From: an uncultured delta proteobacterium
GTDB taxonomy: Bacteria; Desulfobacterota; Desulfuromonadia; Desulfuromonadales; JACZKF01
NCBI GenBank assembly: GCA_963816395.1
Contig: CAWFKQ010000012.1
Coordinates: 2,155-66,154, forward strand
Direction of reading: 5' to 3'
DNA length: 64,000 bases
Shown here: in pieces, positions 52,660-63,353 of the stretch
How positions within the stretch are numbered: the stretch's first letter is position 1
Layout of the letters: every line of letters begins with the position of its first letter
The notes under the pieces: model-generated
Databases searched by the model: none
What the model saw: the letters and a program-made list of their open reading frames with translations, nothing else
What the model was told of the DNA's origin: nothing
Position numbers and translations under genes: made by a program

Positions 52660-55119
52660 GTATCTCTTCAACAACAGGCTGTTCGTCACCACCGAGACGC
52701 TGGAGAAGGCCATGGCCAGGCCGGCCAGTTCCGGGCGGAGGATCAGGCCGAAAGCCGGATAGAAAAGTCCGGCGGCAACCGGGATACCGATGACATTGTA
52801 GAAAAAGGCCCAGAAGAGGTTCTGCCTGATTTTTCCCAAGGTCCGGCGGCCGAGGCGGATCCCCCGCTCGACGTCCCGAATGTCCCCCTTGACCAGGACG
52901 ATGTCGCCGGTTTCCTTGGCCACATCGGTACCGCTGCCGATGGCGATGCCGATATCGGCTTGCGCCAGCGCCGGAGCGTCATTGATGCCATCGCCGACCA
53001 TGCCGACGAAGTGCCCCGCTTCCTGATACCGACGGACCACCCGCTGCTTCTCCTCGGGCAGGACTTCCGCCTCCACCACATCGATTCCCACCTTGCGGGC
53101 CACCGCCTCGGCTACTGCCCGCCGATCGCCGCTCACCAGCACCGTTTTCAGCCCCATGTTCTTGAGGGCGCGGATGGTGGCGGCGGCCTCGTTTTGCAGG
53201 GTATCGGCCAACGCCAACGCCCCCAGCAGCCGGCCGCTGCGAGCGACATAGACCAGGGATTTGCCCTCGGCGGCGAGCGCCTCTGCCGGTCCGGCAAGCG
53301 CCTGACAGGAAACCCCCTCTTCCCGCAGCAGGCGTTCACTGCCGGCCAGCAGCCGCTCCCCCTGGCAGAGGCAGACCAGCCCATGGCCACCGCGCTCCTG
53401 CACCTCGCTGACGGCGGCGATCCCGGCTCCTTCCTCCCGCGCCCGCCTGAGCACTGCCCGGGCGAGGGGGTGGTGGCTTGCCGACTCGGCCGCCGCTGCC
53501 GTCCGCAGCAGGTCCGCCGCCTCCACGCCGGGAAGCGGCAGCAGATCGGTTACGGCAAATTCCCCCCGGGTCAGGGTGCCGGTCTTATCGAACAGCAGCA
53601 CATCGAGGCGGGAAACGTTCTCCAGGGCGGTGGCCCGCTTGAACAGGATGCCGGCGGACAACCCCACCGAGCTGCCGACCATGATGGCGGTGGGAGTGGC
53701 CAGCCCCAGCGCGCAGGGGCAGGCGATGACCAGAACGGCAATCGCCAGTTTGAAGGCGAAAAGGAAATCGGCGCCGGCGGCGTAACGCCAGAGCAGGAAG
53801 GTGAGAACAGCGATCGTGACCACCGTCGGCACGAAGTAGTTGGCCACGGCATCGGCCAGGCGCTGGATGGGGGCCTTATCCCCCTGGGCTTCTTCCACCA
53901 GGCGGACGATCTGCGCCAGAGCGGTCGTTTCCCCCACCCGGGTAGCCCGCACCACCAGGCGGCCGGTAGTGTTGATGGTGCCGCCGGCGACCTCTTCCCC
54001 CGGCCCGCGGGCGACCGGCACCGACTCGCCGGTGAGCATCGACTCATCCACCGCCGAGGCGCCCTCCTCGATCGTGCCGTCCACCGGGATTTTCCCCCCG
54101 GGACGCACCAGGACCCGATCCCCGATCCGCACCTGGGCGGCAGGAATTTCCTCCTCGCCGCCGGCGGTGAGCAGAACGGCCCGGTCCGGCTGCAGCTGCA
54201 GCAGCTCGCGCAAGGCCTGCCCGGCTTTACCTTTGGCCCGGGCCTCCAGCCATTTACCCAGCCGGATAAAGGTGATCAGCATGGCGCCGGTCTCGAAAAA
54301 AACCGGCCCGCTGAGGCCGAACAAACCGAAGGCGGCGAGAATCGAATAGCCGTAGGCGGCGCTGATCCCCAGCGCCACCAGCACGTCCATGTTGGCCGAA
54401 CCGTTTTTCAGGGACTTCCAGCCCCCCCGGTAGAACAGCAACCCGGCGGAGAACTGCACGATCGTCGCCAGGGCGGCATTGATCCACAGGGTGGCCATGC
54501 CGAACGGTTGCCACCACATCAGCGGCATGATCGGCGCCGTCAGCAGGGCCGAGAAAATCAGCCAACCCAGCTGACTCCGTTCCTCCCCGGCCGTCTCGCC
54601 GCCGCTGCGCGCCGTCAGGGGCCGATATCCGGCATCGACTACCGCCCGAAAAATCGCCTCCCGGTCGATCTGTCCCGGATCGAAAGCGACGCTCCCCGAC
54701 TCGCTGGCAAAATTGACGCGGGCGGTCGCAATCCCGGGCAGCGATCGCAGCTTCTTCTCGATGGTCCCGGCGCAGTTGGCGCAGTGCATCCCCTGGATGG
54801 GAAACGTCAGCCGCTCCGCTCCTACGGCGGCAGCGGTCGACAGAATACTCTCCGGAGCGGCAGCCAGGGTCGGCGGCGGAGCCGCGTCCGCCAGTGGAAC
54901 CTGGAAACCAGCCTGTTCCAGCACCAGCGCCAAACCGGCCGGAGCGACTTGTGCCGGGTCAAAAAAAACCCGCGCCTCTGCTTTCTCCAGAGAGACCCGG
55001 GCCTCGCCGACGCCTGCCAGGGCGGAGAGAAGGTCGGTCACCTTCTGCACGCACTTCTGACACCGCATCCCCTGCACGGGAAGGAGAATCTCCCTCTCTG
55101 CCCGCTCCGGACGGCTCAT
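52639..55119 (-). CDS. copA: Copper-translocating P1B-type ATPase
   Basis: Two HMA domains (GMRCQKC, GMHCANC), TGES, CPC, DKTGTLT, GDGIND, YN and MAFSS. Confidence 0.93.
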   Translation of the reverse strand: MSRPERAEREILLPVQGMRCQKCVQKVTDLLSALAGVGEARVSLEKAEARVFFDPAQVAPAGLALVLEQAGFQVPLADAAPPPTLAAAPESILSTAAAVGAERLTFPIQGMHCANCAGTIEKKLRSLPGIATARVNFASESGSVAFDPGQIDREAIFRAVVDAGYRPLTARSGGETAGEERSQLGWLIFSALLTAPIMPLMWWQPFGMATLWINAALATIVQFSAGLLFYRGGWKSLKNGSANMDVLVALGISAAYGYSILAAFGLFGLSGPVFFETGAMLITFIRLGKWLEARAKGKAGQALRELLQLQPDRAVLLTAGGEEEIPAAQVRIGDRVLVRPGGKIPVDGTIEEGASAVDESMLTGESVPVARGPGEEVAGGTINTTGRLVVRATRVGETTALAQIVRLVEEAQGDKAPIQRLADAVANYFVPTVVTIAVLTFLLWRYAAGADFLFAFKLAIAVLVIACPCALGLATPTAIMVGSSVGLSAGILFKRATALENVSRLDVLLFDKTGTLTRGEFAVTDLLPLPGVEAADLLRTAAAAESASHHPLARAVLRRAREEGAGIAAVSEVQERGGHGLVCLCQGERLLAGSERLLREEGVSCQALAGPAEALAAEGKSLVYVARSGRLLGALALADTLQNEAAATIRALKNMGLKTVLVSGDRRAVAEAVARKVGIDVVEAEVLPEEKQRVVRRYQEAGHFVGMVGDGINDAPALAQADIGIAIGSGTDVAKETGDIVLVKGDIRDVERGIRLGRRTLGKIRQNLFWAFFYNVIGIPVAAGLFYPAFGLILRPELAGLAMAFSSVSVVTNSLLLKRYRLEAGG

Positions 55120-56366
55120 CCTGCTTTTTTCTGCCCGAGCAGGCGGAGAAAAGACGGGGTTTCCCGGATCCGGTCGAAATCCGAATCGCTCCTGGCGTCC
55201 TCGAGAAAATGCGGCTCCTGGGCGGAAGCCTTGGTCAAAGCGCGGACGGCCTCCTGCACTTTCCCTTTGCGGGCGAAGGCGCAGGCGCGGTTGTAATGGG
55301 CCAGGGGATAGCGACTGGTGCGCGCCAGAATGGCATCGAAACAGGCCAGAGCCTCATCGAGGCGCCCCATGTCAATCAGCACATTCCCTTTGTTGTTCAG
55401 CGTGTAGATCGATTCGGGATCGCGCTGCAGACTTTCCTCCAGGGCAGCCAGGGCACCGGGGAGATCCCCCTGCCGCTCCAGCAGCAGGCCACGATAGAAG
55501 GGCGGTTCCGAATTGTCCGGCTCCAGCCGCTCCGCCTCTTCCAGCAGCGGGGACACTTCGGTATAGCGCTCCAGCTCAATCAGCAGATTGATCTTTTCGA
55601 TCAGCACCTCGAAAAATTGCGGATCACGCTCCAGGGCGGCATCGAAATCCTGCATTGCCGCTTCCAGCCTCTCCAGGCGGCAGAGAGAAAGCCCCCGATT
55701 GAAATAATAGGAGGCGTTATCCGAAGCCTTGTTAATGGCCCGGCCGTAGCATTCCACCGCCTCCTCCTCGCGCCCCAGCCCGGAGAGTGCGAGGGCGCGG
55801 CCGTTCAGGCTGGCGGCATCGGCGGGGGCCATGGCCAGGGCATGTTCGAAATTTTCCAGGGCCTCCTGAAAGCGACCCAGGCGGTTGAGGGCGTAGCCCT
55901 TGTTGTAGTAGGCATCGGGGGCATCGGGCATGCGCCGGAGGGCCTGATCATACATCTGCAGCGCCTCCTCGGTCTGCCCGAGTTCGTCGAGGGTGTTGCC
56001 CATGTTGATATAGGCCTCCGGAAAGTCCGGCTGCAGTTCCAGGGAGCGGCGGAAATGCCGCAGCGCCTCCTCAAAATCTCCGAGCCGTTCCAGCAGCACC
56101 CCGTAATTGTGGTGCAGGGCGCCATTTCTGGGATCGAGGCGGAGGGCTTTCTGGTAGAGGGCGAGGGCCTTCTCTTCGTCCCCCAGGTTGGTGGCGGCGA
56201 CGGCGCAGATATTGAGCGCCTCGACATCCAGCGGGTTGGACTCCAGGTATTCCTCGGTCAGATCAAGGGCGGCGCTGTTCTCGCCGCGATCCAGGGCCAT
56301 CTGGGCCAGCTCGAGGCTGTCCTCCTCCTCTTCTTCGTCCAGGTAATCTTCGAATTCTTCGTCCAT
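55116..56366 (-). CDS. Tetratricopeptide repeat protein
   Basis: About 10 TPR units after an acidic N-terminus; TGA overlaps the copA ATG. Confidence 0.9.
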   Translation of the reverse strand: MDEEFEDYLDEEEEEDSLELAQMALDRGENSAALDLTEEYLESNPLDVEALNICAVAATNLGDEEKALALYQKALRLDPRNGALHHNYGVLLERLGDFEEALRHFRRSLELQPDFPEAYINMGNTLDELGQTEEALQMYDQALRRMPDAPDAYYNKGYALNRLGRFQEALENFEHALAMAPADAASLNGRALALSGLGREEEAVECYGRAINKASDNASYYFNRGLSLCRLERLEAAMQDFDAALERDPQFFEVLIEKINLLIELERYTEVSPLLEEAERLEPDNSEPPFYRGLLLERQGDLPGALAALEESLQRDPESIYTLNNKGNVLIDMGRLDEALACFDAILARTSRYPLAHYNRACAFARKGKVQEAVRALTKASAQEPHFLEDARSDSDFDRIRETPSFLRLLGQKKAG

Positions 56367-56612
56367 ATTGGCTCCGGGTGCGGTGAAGTCCCCGGCCAGT
56401 CTGCCGCCGGGAGCGACTTCTCAATATAGCAGAAATGAACTTTCCTCTGCACCCCTTATGTCTCTATCGCTGAATTTTCCTTTCTGCATCCATTCTAGCC
56501 GGTGGATCAGCCCCGGCAATGCCGCCGGCGGCAAGTGTCTGATATTCATTCCCTGGAGAAGACTTGTGGCCGGATTGCGCCAGCGCCGGGTCCACCCTCC
56601 CTGCCCGGGAAC

Positions 56613-56652
56613 GAAGAAAGGCCTGCGTTCCGGCGCAGGCCTTCTTGTTTTT
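56613..56652. terminator. Bidirectional terminator-like hairpin
   Basis: aaggcctgcg-ttccgg-cgcaggcctt flanked by A-rich and T-rich tracts. Confidence 0.7.
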
Positions 56653-56667
56653 GCTCCCTTCGAGCCC

Positions 56668-56805
56668 TCAGCCGATCTCTACCTGCCGGATTTTGACCCG
56701 CTTATGTTCGCAGGCCATCTGCAGCAGGTATTTGCCGGCATCGTAGTCATTGGCAAAACAGTGATTGTCAATACAGGTGAGATGTCTATGTTCTTTCTTT
56801 CTCAT
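56668..56805 (-). CDS. Small hypothetical protein (45 aa, Cys/His-rich)
   Basis: AGGAGG RBS 9 nt before ATG 56805; followed by a terminator hairpin. Confidence 0.55.
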   Translation of the reverse strand: MRKKEHRHLTCIDNHCFANDYDAGKYLLQMACEHKRVKIRQVEIG

Positions 56806-57006
56806 TTTTTCTATCCTCCTGAGTGAAATTTTACCTCCGATGACCGGCCGAAACAAGTAGGGCTTGCCACCCCATCCCTGCCCCTGCCCGTCTCTAGGGA
56901 GGCGCCCCTGTCATCGCAGGGATGCACAGGATGAACAGGGTTAAATTGCCGTGCCTGGCTGAGTTCGGGCGGTTCGGGAGACTGGCTGAAAGCGCTAGGA
57001 AAAGAA

Positions 57007-58316
57007 TCAAACGATCTCGTCTTCAATGCGGTTGTCGAAAATCCGCTGGCTCTTGCGCTCGGAGCGCGGCAGCGCGCCGTAAGCGACGAACGCCACCTCG
57101 GGAGTGACCAGCAGCTGTTTCTTGAACTGGTGCAAGATCTCCTGCTGCAGTTCCGGCCCCCGGCTTGCGTCCACCCCCTGGCCGCGCTCTGCCACCAGCC
57201 GCAGGTGGTCGCGGCCGGATACCTCGTCGCGCGACAGGTGGACCTGGAACTCGGAGCCGAGCCCGGGAATTTGCGACAGGATGGTGTCGATGCTCGAAGG
57301 ATAAATGTTGACCCCACGGAACTTGAAAGTGTCGTCGGAGCGCCCCTTGATGCGCGAATGGCGCGGCAGCGGCGAACCGCAGCTGCAGGGGCCGGGGATC
57401 AGACGGGTGATGTCGCGGGTGCGGTAGCGAATCAGCGGCGCCCCCTCCTTGGCCAGAGTGGTCACCACCATCTCCCCCCACTCCCCGGGCGGCAGCGGGC
57501 TGTCAGGGTTTCGGGATCGACGATCTCCAGAATGTAGTAGTCCCCCCAATAATGGATGCAGTCGTGCTCGGGGCACTCGATACCGGTGCCGGGGCCGTAC
57601 AGCTCCGTCAGACCGGTGATGTCGAAGAGCTCGGCGCCGCCGAACAGCTCGGAGATCTTCCGGCGCATCGACACCGAGGAGCGCTCCGAGCCATAGATGA
57701 CCTTGCGGATGGCAATGCGGTCGGCGACCCCGCGGTGGTGGATCTCCTCCGCCATCAGCAGCGCCATGGAGGCCGTCGAGCAGAAGACCGTCGACTGGAA
57801 ATCGAGCATGAACTGAATCTGCATGTCGACATTCCCCGGTCCAGCCGGGATGGCCAGAGCCCCGAGTTTTTCACAGCCGAGCTGAAAACCCAGGCCGGCG
57901 GTCCAGACCCCGTAGCCGACGGCAATCTGCACCCGGTCGAGGGGGGTGACCCCGGCCATTTCGTAGCAGCGGGCGAAGAAATGGGTCCAGTCATCGAGGT
58001 CCTTCCGGGTGTAGGCCAGCACCTTGCGCTTGCCGGTGGTGCCGGAGCTGACGTGGATGCGCACCAGCTGCTCATAAGGGACGGCGCGCAGCGGAAAGGG
58101 GTAGCCGTCGCGCAGGTCGTCGGCGGTGGTAAAGGGGAGCCGCTCCAGGTCCGCCAGGGAGCGGATATCGGCCGGGGCAATGCCGGCCTGTTCAAATTTC
58201 CGGCGATAGAAGCTCGACCCCTCATAGGCGTGGCGCAGCGTCCACTGCAGCCCCTGCAGCTGATGGTCGGCGAGTTCGGCTTCGGTGCCGAAAGCGGGCA
58301 TGAAAGTCTTACTCAT
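57007..58316 (-). CDS. Phenylacetate-CoA ligase family protein (frameshift near 57495)
   Basis: HVSSGTTGK, GLTELYGPG, PLIRYRTRD, GRSDD and RGVNIYP motifs. Confidence 0.92.
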
Positions 58317-58379
58317 GGCAGGTTTCTCCAGGCGGATATTTGGTCAGGCCGGCCGCCCCCACCGGGGAGAAGTTGACTT

Positions 58380-58880
58380 TTAATTCTGCAGCCCCAGCCG
58401 GAAAGCCGCCAGATTCTGCTCGAAGAATTTCGCCGGCGACAGGGCGCGGATCGCTTCCTCCACCTCCTGGGCGCTGCAGAAGATCGCCTGGCGGCACACG
58501 GCGCAGCCGAGCAGGATCAGGTTGGCCAGCAGCGGATTGCCGGCCTGCCGCGCCAGCCCGGCGGCATCGATCTCCCTCCCCTCCCCTGCCTCCTGCCGGT
58601 TGACGATGAGCGCCCCGTCCGGCTTCACCAGGGGACGGTGGAGGGCGAGATTGGCCGCGTGCAGAAAAAGGCCGGCGTCGGCCTGGCCGCGGCGGATCAG
58701 CGGGCTGCGGAAGTCGCCGATCTTGAGGGTGGAGAGAACGCTGCCGCCGCGCTGGGCCATGCCGTGGGTCTCGGCGGTGAGCACCGGCAGGCGACGGTGC
58801 ACCGCCGTCTCGGCGATCACCCGGGTGAGAAACAGCACCCCCTGGCCGCCAAGGCCGCTGACGATGAGCTGCTGTTTCAT
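58380..58880 (-). CDS. iorB: Indolepyruvate:ferredoxin oxidoreductase beta subunit
   Basis: GLGGQG, ETHGMAQRGGSV, ANLILLG and NLAAF..G; ATGA overlap with iorA. Confidence 0.88.
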   Translation of the reverse strand: MKQQLIVSGLGGQGVLFLTRVIAETAVHRRLPVLTAETHGMAQRGGSVLSTLKIGDFRSPLIRRGQADAGLFLHAANLALHRPLVKPDGALIVNRQEAGEGREIDAAGLARQAGNPLLANLILLGCAVCRQAIFCSAQEVEEAIRALSPAKFFEQNLAAFRLGLQN

Positions 58881-60715
58881 CCCTTTGCCTCCTTGCCGAT
58901 CGCCTGCACCGGACAGACCGGGATGCAGGTGCCGCAGCCGACGCAGCGGTCGCCGTCGATGACTGCCCGGCCGGTCGCCTCCTCCATGAGCAGGGCCGGG
59001 CATTCGAACTTGTCCACACAGCGGCGGCAGCCGACGCAGTCCTCGCTGATTCTCATCCTGAAGCGCTCCTGATCGATGACCGCCTGCCGGTCCATGAGGC
59101 AGGGATGGCGGGAGACCAGCACCGCCACTCCCCCTTCCGGGCTGCGAATGAAGGCATCGGCCCGGCGCAGCAGGGCCTCGAAACTCTCGTTGTCGTAGGG
59201 GTCGCAGACCTCGAGGAAACCAACGCCGCAGGCCCGCACCAGCGGCTCGATAGCGACCGCGGGGGCCGGACTGCCGTCGGCGGCGCGGCCCAGGTGCGGT
59301 ACCGGCTGGTGACCGGTCATGGCGGCGGTGGCATTGTCGAGGAGAACGACGATGATGCGCGCCCGCTGGATGACGGCATTCACCAGCGCCGGAATGCCGG
59401 CGTGGAAGAAGGTCGAGTCGCCGATGGTGACGACCACCGTCGGGAACTCCCCGTCCTGGGCGTAGGCCTGATAGAAGCCGGCCCCCTGGCTGATGCAGGC
59501 GCCCATGCAGTGCACGGTATCGACGGCGCCGAGGTTTATCCCCAGGGTGTAACAGCCGATGTCGGAGGGGAAGATTCCATTCGGGAAGCATTTCTTGATG
59601 CTGTAGAAGGCGCTGCGATGCGGGCAGCCCGGACACAGGGAGGGCCGCTGGCCGCGCACCTCGCCGCCGCCCTCCGCCGGCGCCGGCAGACCGAGAAAGG
59701 CGGTCAGGGCGCGCTCGATGACATCCGGGGTCAGCTCCCCCTCGCGGGGCACAACGCCCCCCTGCCGGCCGGCGGCGCCCGGATGGGCGAGCTGCAGTTC
59801 GATGACCGGATAGGTTTCCTCCAACACCAGCAGCCGGTCGTAGTCGCGGCGCAGCCGGTCGGCGAAGGCCGGATCGAGCGGATAGGGCATCGGCACCTGA
59901 AACAGGTCGAGGGTCCCCGCCAGCCCCAGCTCGACCAGCAGGTCGGCCAGATTGGCAAAGGCGATGCCGGAGGCGACCGCCGCCAGGCGCGGCCGGCTGC
60001 CGTCCCCCGGCGTCAGGCGCGGCTGCAGCTGCGCTTCGGCGGCGATAGCGGCGAGCTTGCCGTTGAGCTCCCGGTGCAGGGCCGGCAGGAAGGCGGGGGT
60101 CGCCGCCCAGCGGGAGGGGTTGCGGACGAAGGCGGCGCGGCGGCCGAGGTCGACGGCCGCCCCGATCGGCACGTTCTGCCGGGAATGGCAGATGCGGGTG
60201 GTCGGGCGCAGCATGACGGGGATTTCGAACTTTTCGGAGAGCTCGAAGGCCGCCGCCACCATCGCCTTGGCTTCGGCCGGGGAGGCCGGATCGAGCACCG
60301 GCACCCGCGCCAGGTGGGCGAAGAGACGGCTGTCCTGCTCGTTCTGCGAGCTGTGCGGCCCCGGGTCGTCGGCGACCACCGCCACCAGCCCCCCCTTGAC
60401 GCCGAGATAGGCGCTGCGCATAAAGGGGTCGGCGGCCACATTGAGCCCCACCTGCTTCATCACCACGGCGGCCCGCTTGCCGGTGTAGGCGGCAGCCAGG
60501 GCGACCTCGTAGGCGATCTTCTCGTTGACCGACCACTCGACGTGCAGCGGCGCCGCGGCGTCCTGCCGCAGGTCGGCGACCGCCTGCAGCACCTCGGTCG
60601 ATGGCGTTCCCGGATAAGCGGCAGCGACCTGGCAGCCGGCTTCCAGCAGACCCCGGCCGATCGCCTCGTTGCCCATCAACAATTGAACCTGTTTATGATC
60701 AGTCATAGAACCCAT
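58877..60715 (-). CDS. iorA: Indolepyruvate:ferredoxin oxidoreductase alpha subunit
   Basis: GNEAI.RG, YPGTPSTE, MKQVGLNVAAD, CPGCPH, SDIGCY, GDSTFFH and C-terminal 2x[4Fe-4S] motifs. Confidence 0.94.
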   Translation of the reverse strand: MGSMTDHKQVQLLMGNEAIGRGLLEAGCQVAAAYPGTPSTEVLQAVADLRQDAAAPLHVEWSVNEKIAYEVALAAAYTGKRAAVVMKQVGLNVAADPFMRSAYLGVKGGLVAVVADDPGPHSSQNEQDSRLFAHLARVPVLDPASPAEAKAMVAAAFELSEKFEIPVMLRPTTRICHSRQNVPIGAAVDLGRRAAFVRNPSRWAATPAFLPALHRELNGKLAAIAAEAQLQPRLTPGDGSRPRLAAVASGIAFANLADLLVELGLAGTLDLFQVPMPYPLDPAFADRLRRDYDRLLVLEETYPVIELQLAHPGAAGRQGGVVPREGELTPDVIERALTAFLGLPAPAEGGGEVRGQRPSLCPGCPHRSAFYSIKKCFPNGIFPSDIGCYTLGINLGAVDTVHCMGACISQGAGFYQAYAQDGEFPTVVVTIGDSTFFHAGIPALVNAVIQRARIIVVLLDNATAAMTGHQPVPHLGRAADGSPAPAVAIEPLVRACGVGFLEVCDPYDNESFEALLRRADAFIRSPEGGVAVLVSRHPCLMDRQAVIDQERFRMRISEDCVGCRRCVDKFECPALLMEEATGRAVIDGDRCVGCGTCIPVCPVQAIGKEAKG

Positions 60716-60888
60716 TCCGATTTCTGATTAGCGTCAATATTTCCCTCTCCCTCAGCGATCCCCATGGTGTTGTGCACCATGGAAAAACCCAGGGCAACAG
60801 CGGGTCCTCGCCGCGAGTGAATGCCAAGATTAACTTTTTCGGGAGGATTTGAAAACAGGAAATCCGCCCGTTCTCGAAGGGGGAAGTG

Positions 60889-60916
60889 AAAAAAGGGACG
60901 GCCGATGCCGTCCCTT
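60889..60916 (-). terminator. Rho-independent terminator
   Basis: aagggacggc-atcg-gccgtccc followed by T6 on the minus strand. Confidence 0.75.
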
Positions 60917-60963
60917 CCTCTTTCTTCCTTTATTCGCCCCGGATGAAATGGCGGTCGTTCGAG

Positions 60964-61614
60964 CTAGGGCGCCCTGCGGCGCTCGTAAGTGGGCCAGAAG
61001 TCGTGATTCAGGGCCTTTACCAATTCCATCACGATCTGGTCGCGCTTTTCCTCGGGGTTGTGAAAATCGACGGAGACAGGCGCCCCCATGGCCAGTTTCA
61101 CCCCGCCCACCGTCCAGGTCCCCCAGGAGGAATTGTTCCAGACCGTGGCGCCGCTGTCGGCCTCCCACAGCTTGGCATTCATCTTTCCATCGATCTTGGC
61201 CGAAGCGGAGGCCGAGTTCAGATTGGGTGACAGATTAAAATCGGGCCGCACCTCCGACAGCTCGAGCGAACCTCCCAGAACCGCCGCCACCCCGTATTTA
61301 CGGCCGATGGCGCGGATCGCCTGAAAATCGAGATCTTTCGCCCCCACCGAATGCAGCACCTGCTCGGCGCTGCCGAGTTCCAGCAGACGCACCCCAGGTT
61401 GGGCGGCCTGCAGGTTGCCCAGAAACTTCTGGGTGGCGTCCCGGGCCAGCTCCCCTTCCGGCTTGGCGGCAAGCCCGATGACGCCGATGTTCGGATACGC
61501 TCGGAGATCGACCCGCGGCGGCACCGTGACCGTGACAGTCCTGGCGCAGCCGAAAAATGTCATTGCCGCCGTCATTAGGAGCAATATCCTGAAACAGAAC
61601 TGGTGCAACCTCAT
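60964..61614 (-). CDS. Hypothetical lipoprotein (possibly CsgG/TolB-N-like fold)
   Basis: Lipobox FFGC; VPPRVDL...IG.KYGV.AVL.G...LWEADSGATVW. Confidence 0.7.
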   Translation of the reverse strand: MRLHQFCFRILLLMTAAMTFFGCARTVTVTVPPRVDLRAYPNIGVIGLAAKPEGELARDATQKFLGNLQAAQPGVRLLELGSAEQVLHSVGAKDLDFQAIRAIGRKYGVAAVLGGSLELSEVRPDFNLSPNLNSASASAKIDGKMNAKLWEADSGATVWNNSSWGTWTVGGVKLAMGAPVSVDFHNPEEKRDQIVMELVKALNHDFWPTYERRRAP

Positions 61615-61710
61615 GCGTCTTCTCCTCGCGCAGGCGATATCGAAGGGCGCCTGCTCCGCCCCCTGCCGGTCCAGCTTGCAAGATCGCAGCCCATCCTTTC
61701 ATTTACACGC

Positions 61711-61735
61711 AAAAAAGCCCGCGGACGCGGGCTTC
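61711..61735 (-). terminator. Rho-independent terminator after nrfA
   Basis: aagcccgcg-tc-cgcgggc followed by T6. Confidence 0.75.
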
Positions 61736-61803
61736 AAAGACTCCCCTGAATCGATTTGTTCCGGGCGGGACGGGGGTTGGTCCCCATCCCGCCCAAGCCT
61801 CCC

Positions 61804-63282
61804 TCAGAGTCCGGCGCTCACCCGCTGCTGGATGCCGAAAGGATCCTTGACCTCCTGCTCGGGCTTGAACTGCTGCCTGGTCTTGCCGCGGTCGTTCAGG
61901 TACTTCGGCAATTCCAGATCGACCTGGACCGGCACCTTCATGCCAACTTCGGCCAGACCCTGGCGCAGCAGCCCTTCCGCCCGGCCGGCGAAGGCGACGG
62001 CGTCGCCAAGCACCCGCGCCGCCTCGGACGGGTTGTGGAAACCGACCGAGTTTTCGGCGCCGATGAAAATGGTCCGGTAAAATGCCTCCAGGTAGAAATC
62101 CTTGGCCTTATTGTAAAGAGCCTGGTCGACCGTCTTCCCTTCGGCCGCAGCCTGGTTGGCCGTCTCGAAGAGCTTGGCCACCACGGCGGTCGCCATGCCG
62201 GCGCGGATCTGCAGGGAAACGGTGTGATCCTGGATGTCGTAGACGCGCTGCCGCAGCCACTCCTGGTCTTCCGCATGACATTGCCGGCAGGCCTTCAGGT
62301 CTTCTTTGAGCGGACTGGTCACCCGATGATCGGAGACTTTGGCGGCACCGACCCGGGTATAAGGCATATGGCAGTCGGTACAGGCCGCCCCCACTTTCCA
62401 GTGGAGACTGTCGTTGCTGAACAGCTCGTACTCGGGATGGCGGATAAAGGCCAGCTTGAAGCCGGTCACTTTCTGCTTCCACTCCCCGGCGGTTGGATCG
62501 CTGCGCAACTGACTGATGATGTTTTCGATGGTGATCTTGCCCATGGCGCTCCCGTGCCAGGGGAAGTAGGCGCCGTTGGACTTGCCCTGATCGTCCTTGG
62601 TCACCGAATAAGTGACATGGCACTGGGCGCAGACCAGGCTGCGCATTTCCTGGCGGGTCAGTTTGCTCCGCTCCACGCCGATTTCGCTGAGGGCCTTGCC
62701 CAGCGTGAATTCCCGGGAGATCCGCAGGGACATGTCTTTGCTGTCATGGCAGTCGACGCAGGCGACCCCGAGTTCACGATGCTTTTCGGGGATCTTGGCG
62801 AGTACCTCCAGATAGGGGTTCTTGTAATAAGCCGGCCCCATCTCCTTCTCCAGTTTCGACGCGTAGGGAGTCTTGCAGGTCAGGCAGACGCCTCCCGCAC
62901 CGACGCGGGAAGGGTCGATATCGAGCTGGTCTTTGATCATGTAGATATGACCGCGCGGCTCGTTGTAGGCGACCCCGAACCCCCAGCCGTTGAACAGCAG
63001 GGCCAGGTAGGGATATTCCGAGAGCTTGTCCCAGGTGATCCGGTCCGTATCCCACCCCCGGCGATAGCGGCTCTTGCCGACCGGGGTGGGTTCCCCGGTT
63101 TGCTTCCAGAGATCGTAATTGATGGGATAGGCCTTGCCCCAGGCCGCGGGGTCCATTTCCCCCTCGGCGATCTTCACCGGCTTTACCGCCTCGGGCTTAT
63201 CCGGGGAACAACCGGAAAACAGCAGGGCGGCGGCCCCCAGCAGCAGAAAAATCGATTTTATCAGCGGTATGTCTTTTCTCAT
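61804..63282 (-). CDS. nrfA: Ammonia-forming cytochrome c nitrite reductase c552 subunit
   Basis: Lipoprotein signal; YNEPRGH; five hemes CLTCK, CVDCH, CAQCH, CTDCH, CRQCH; AENSVGFH. Confidence 0.95.
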   Translation of the reverse strand: MRKDIPLIKSIFLLLGAAALLFSGCSPDKPEAVKPVKIAEGEMDPAAWGKAYPINYDLWKQTGEPTPVGKSRYRRGWDTDRITWDKLSEYPYLALLFNGWGFGVAYNEPRGHIYMIKDQLDIDPSRVGAGGVCLTCKTPYASKLEKEMGPAYYKNPYLEVLAKIPEKHRELGVACVDCHDSKDMSLRISREFTLGKALSEIGVERSKLTRQEMRSLVCAQCHVTYSVTKDDQGKSNGAYFPWHGSAMGKITIENIISQLRSDPTAGEWKQKVTGFKLAFIRHPEYELFSNDSLHWKVGAACTDCHMPYTRVGAAKVSDHRVTSPLKEDLKACRQCHAEDQEWLRQRVYDIQDHTVSLQIRAGMATAVVAKLFETANQAAAEGKTVDQALYNKAKDFYLEAFYRTIFIGAENSVGFHNPSEAARVLGDAVAFAGRAEGLLRQGLAEVGMKVPVQVDLELPKYLNDRGKTRQQFKPEQEVKDPFGIQQRVSAGL

Positions 63283-63353
63283 CTCCCCTGCCCTCCCTTC
63301 CGTGGAACGTCTCCTTCTTCTCCCCCGTTTGTGCCGTTTTCCGCCGCGCCTTG

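Noticed and set aside
58380-60536. 718-aa ORF as a long IorB
   Set aside because: Only the last 166 aa (from ATG 58880) are IorB; the rest is an alternative frame of iorA.
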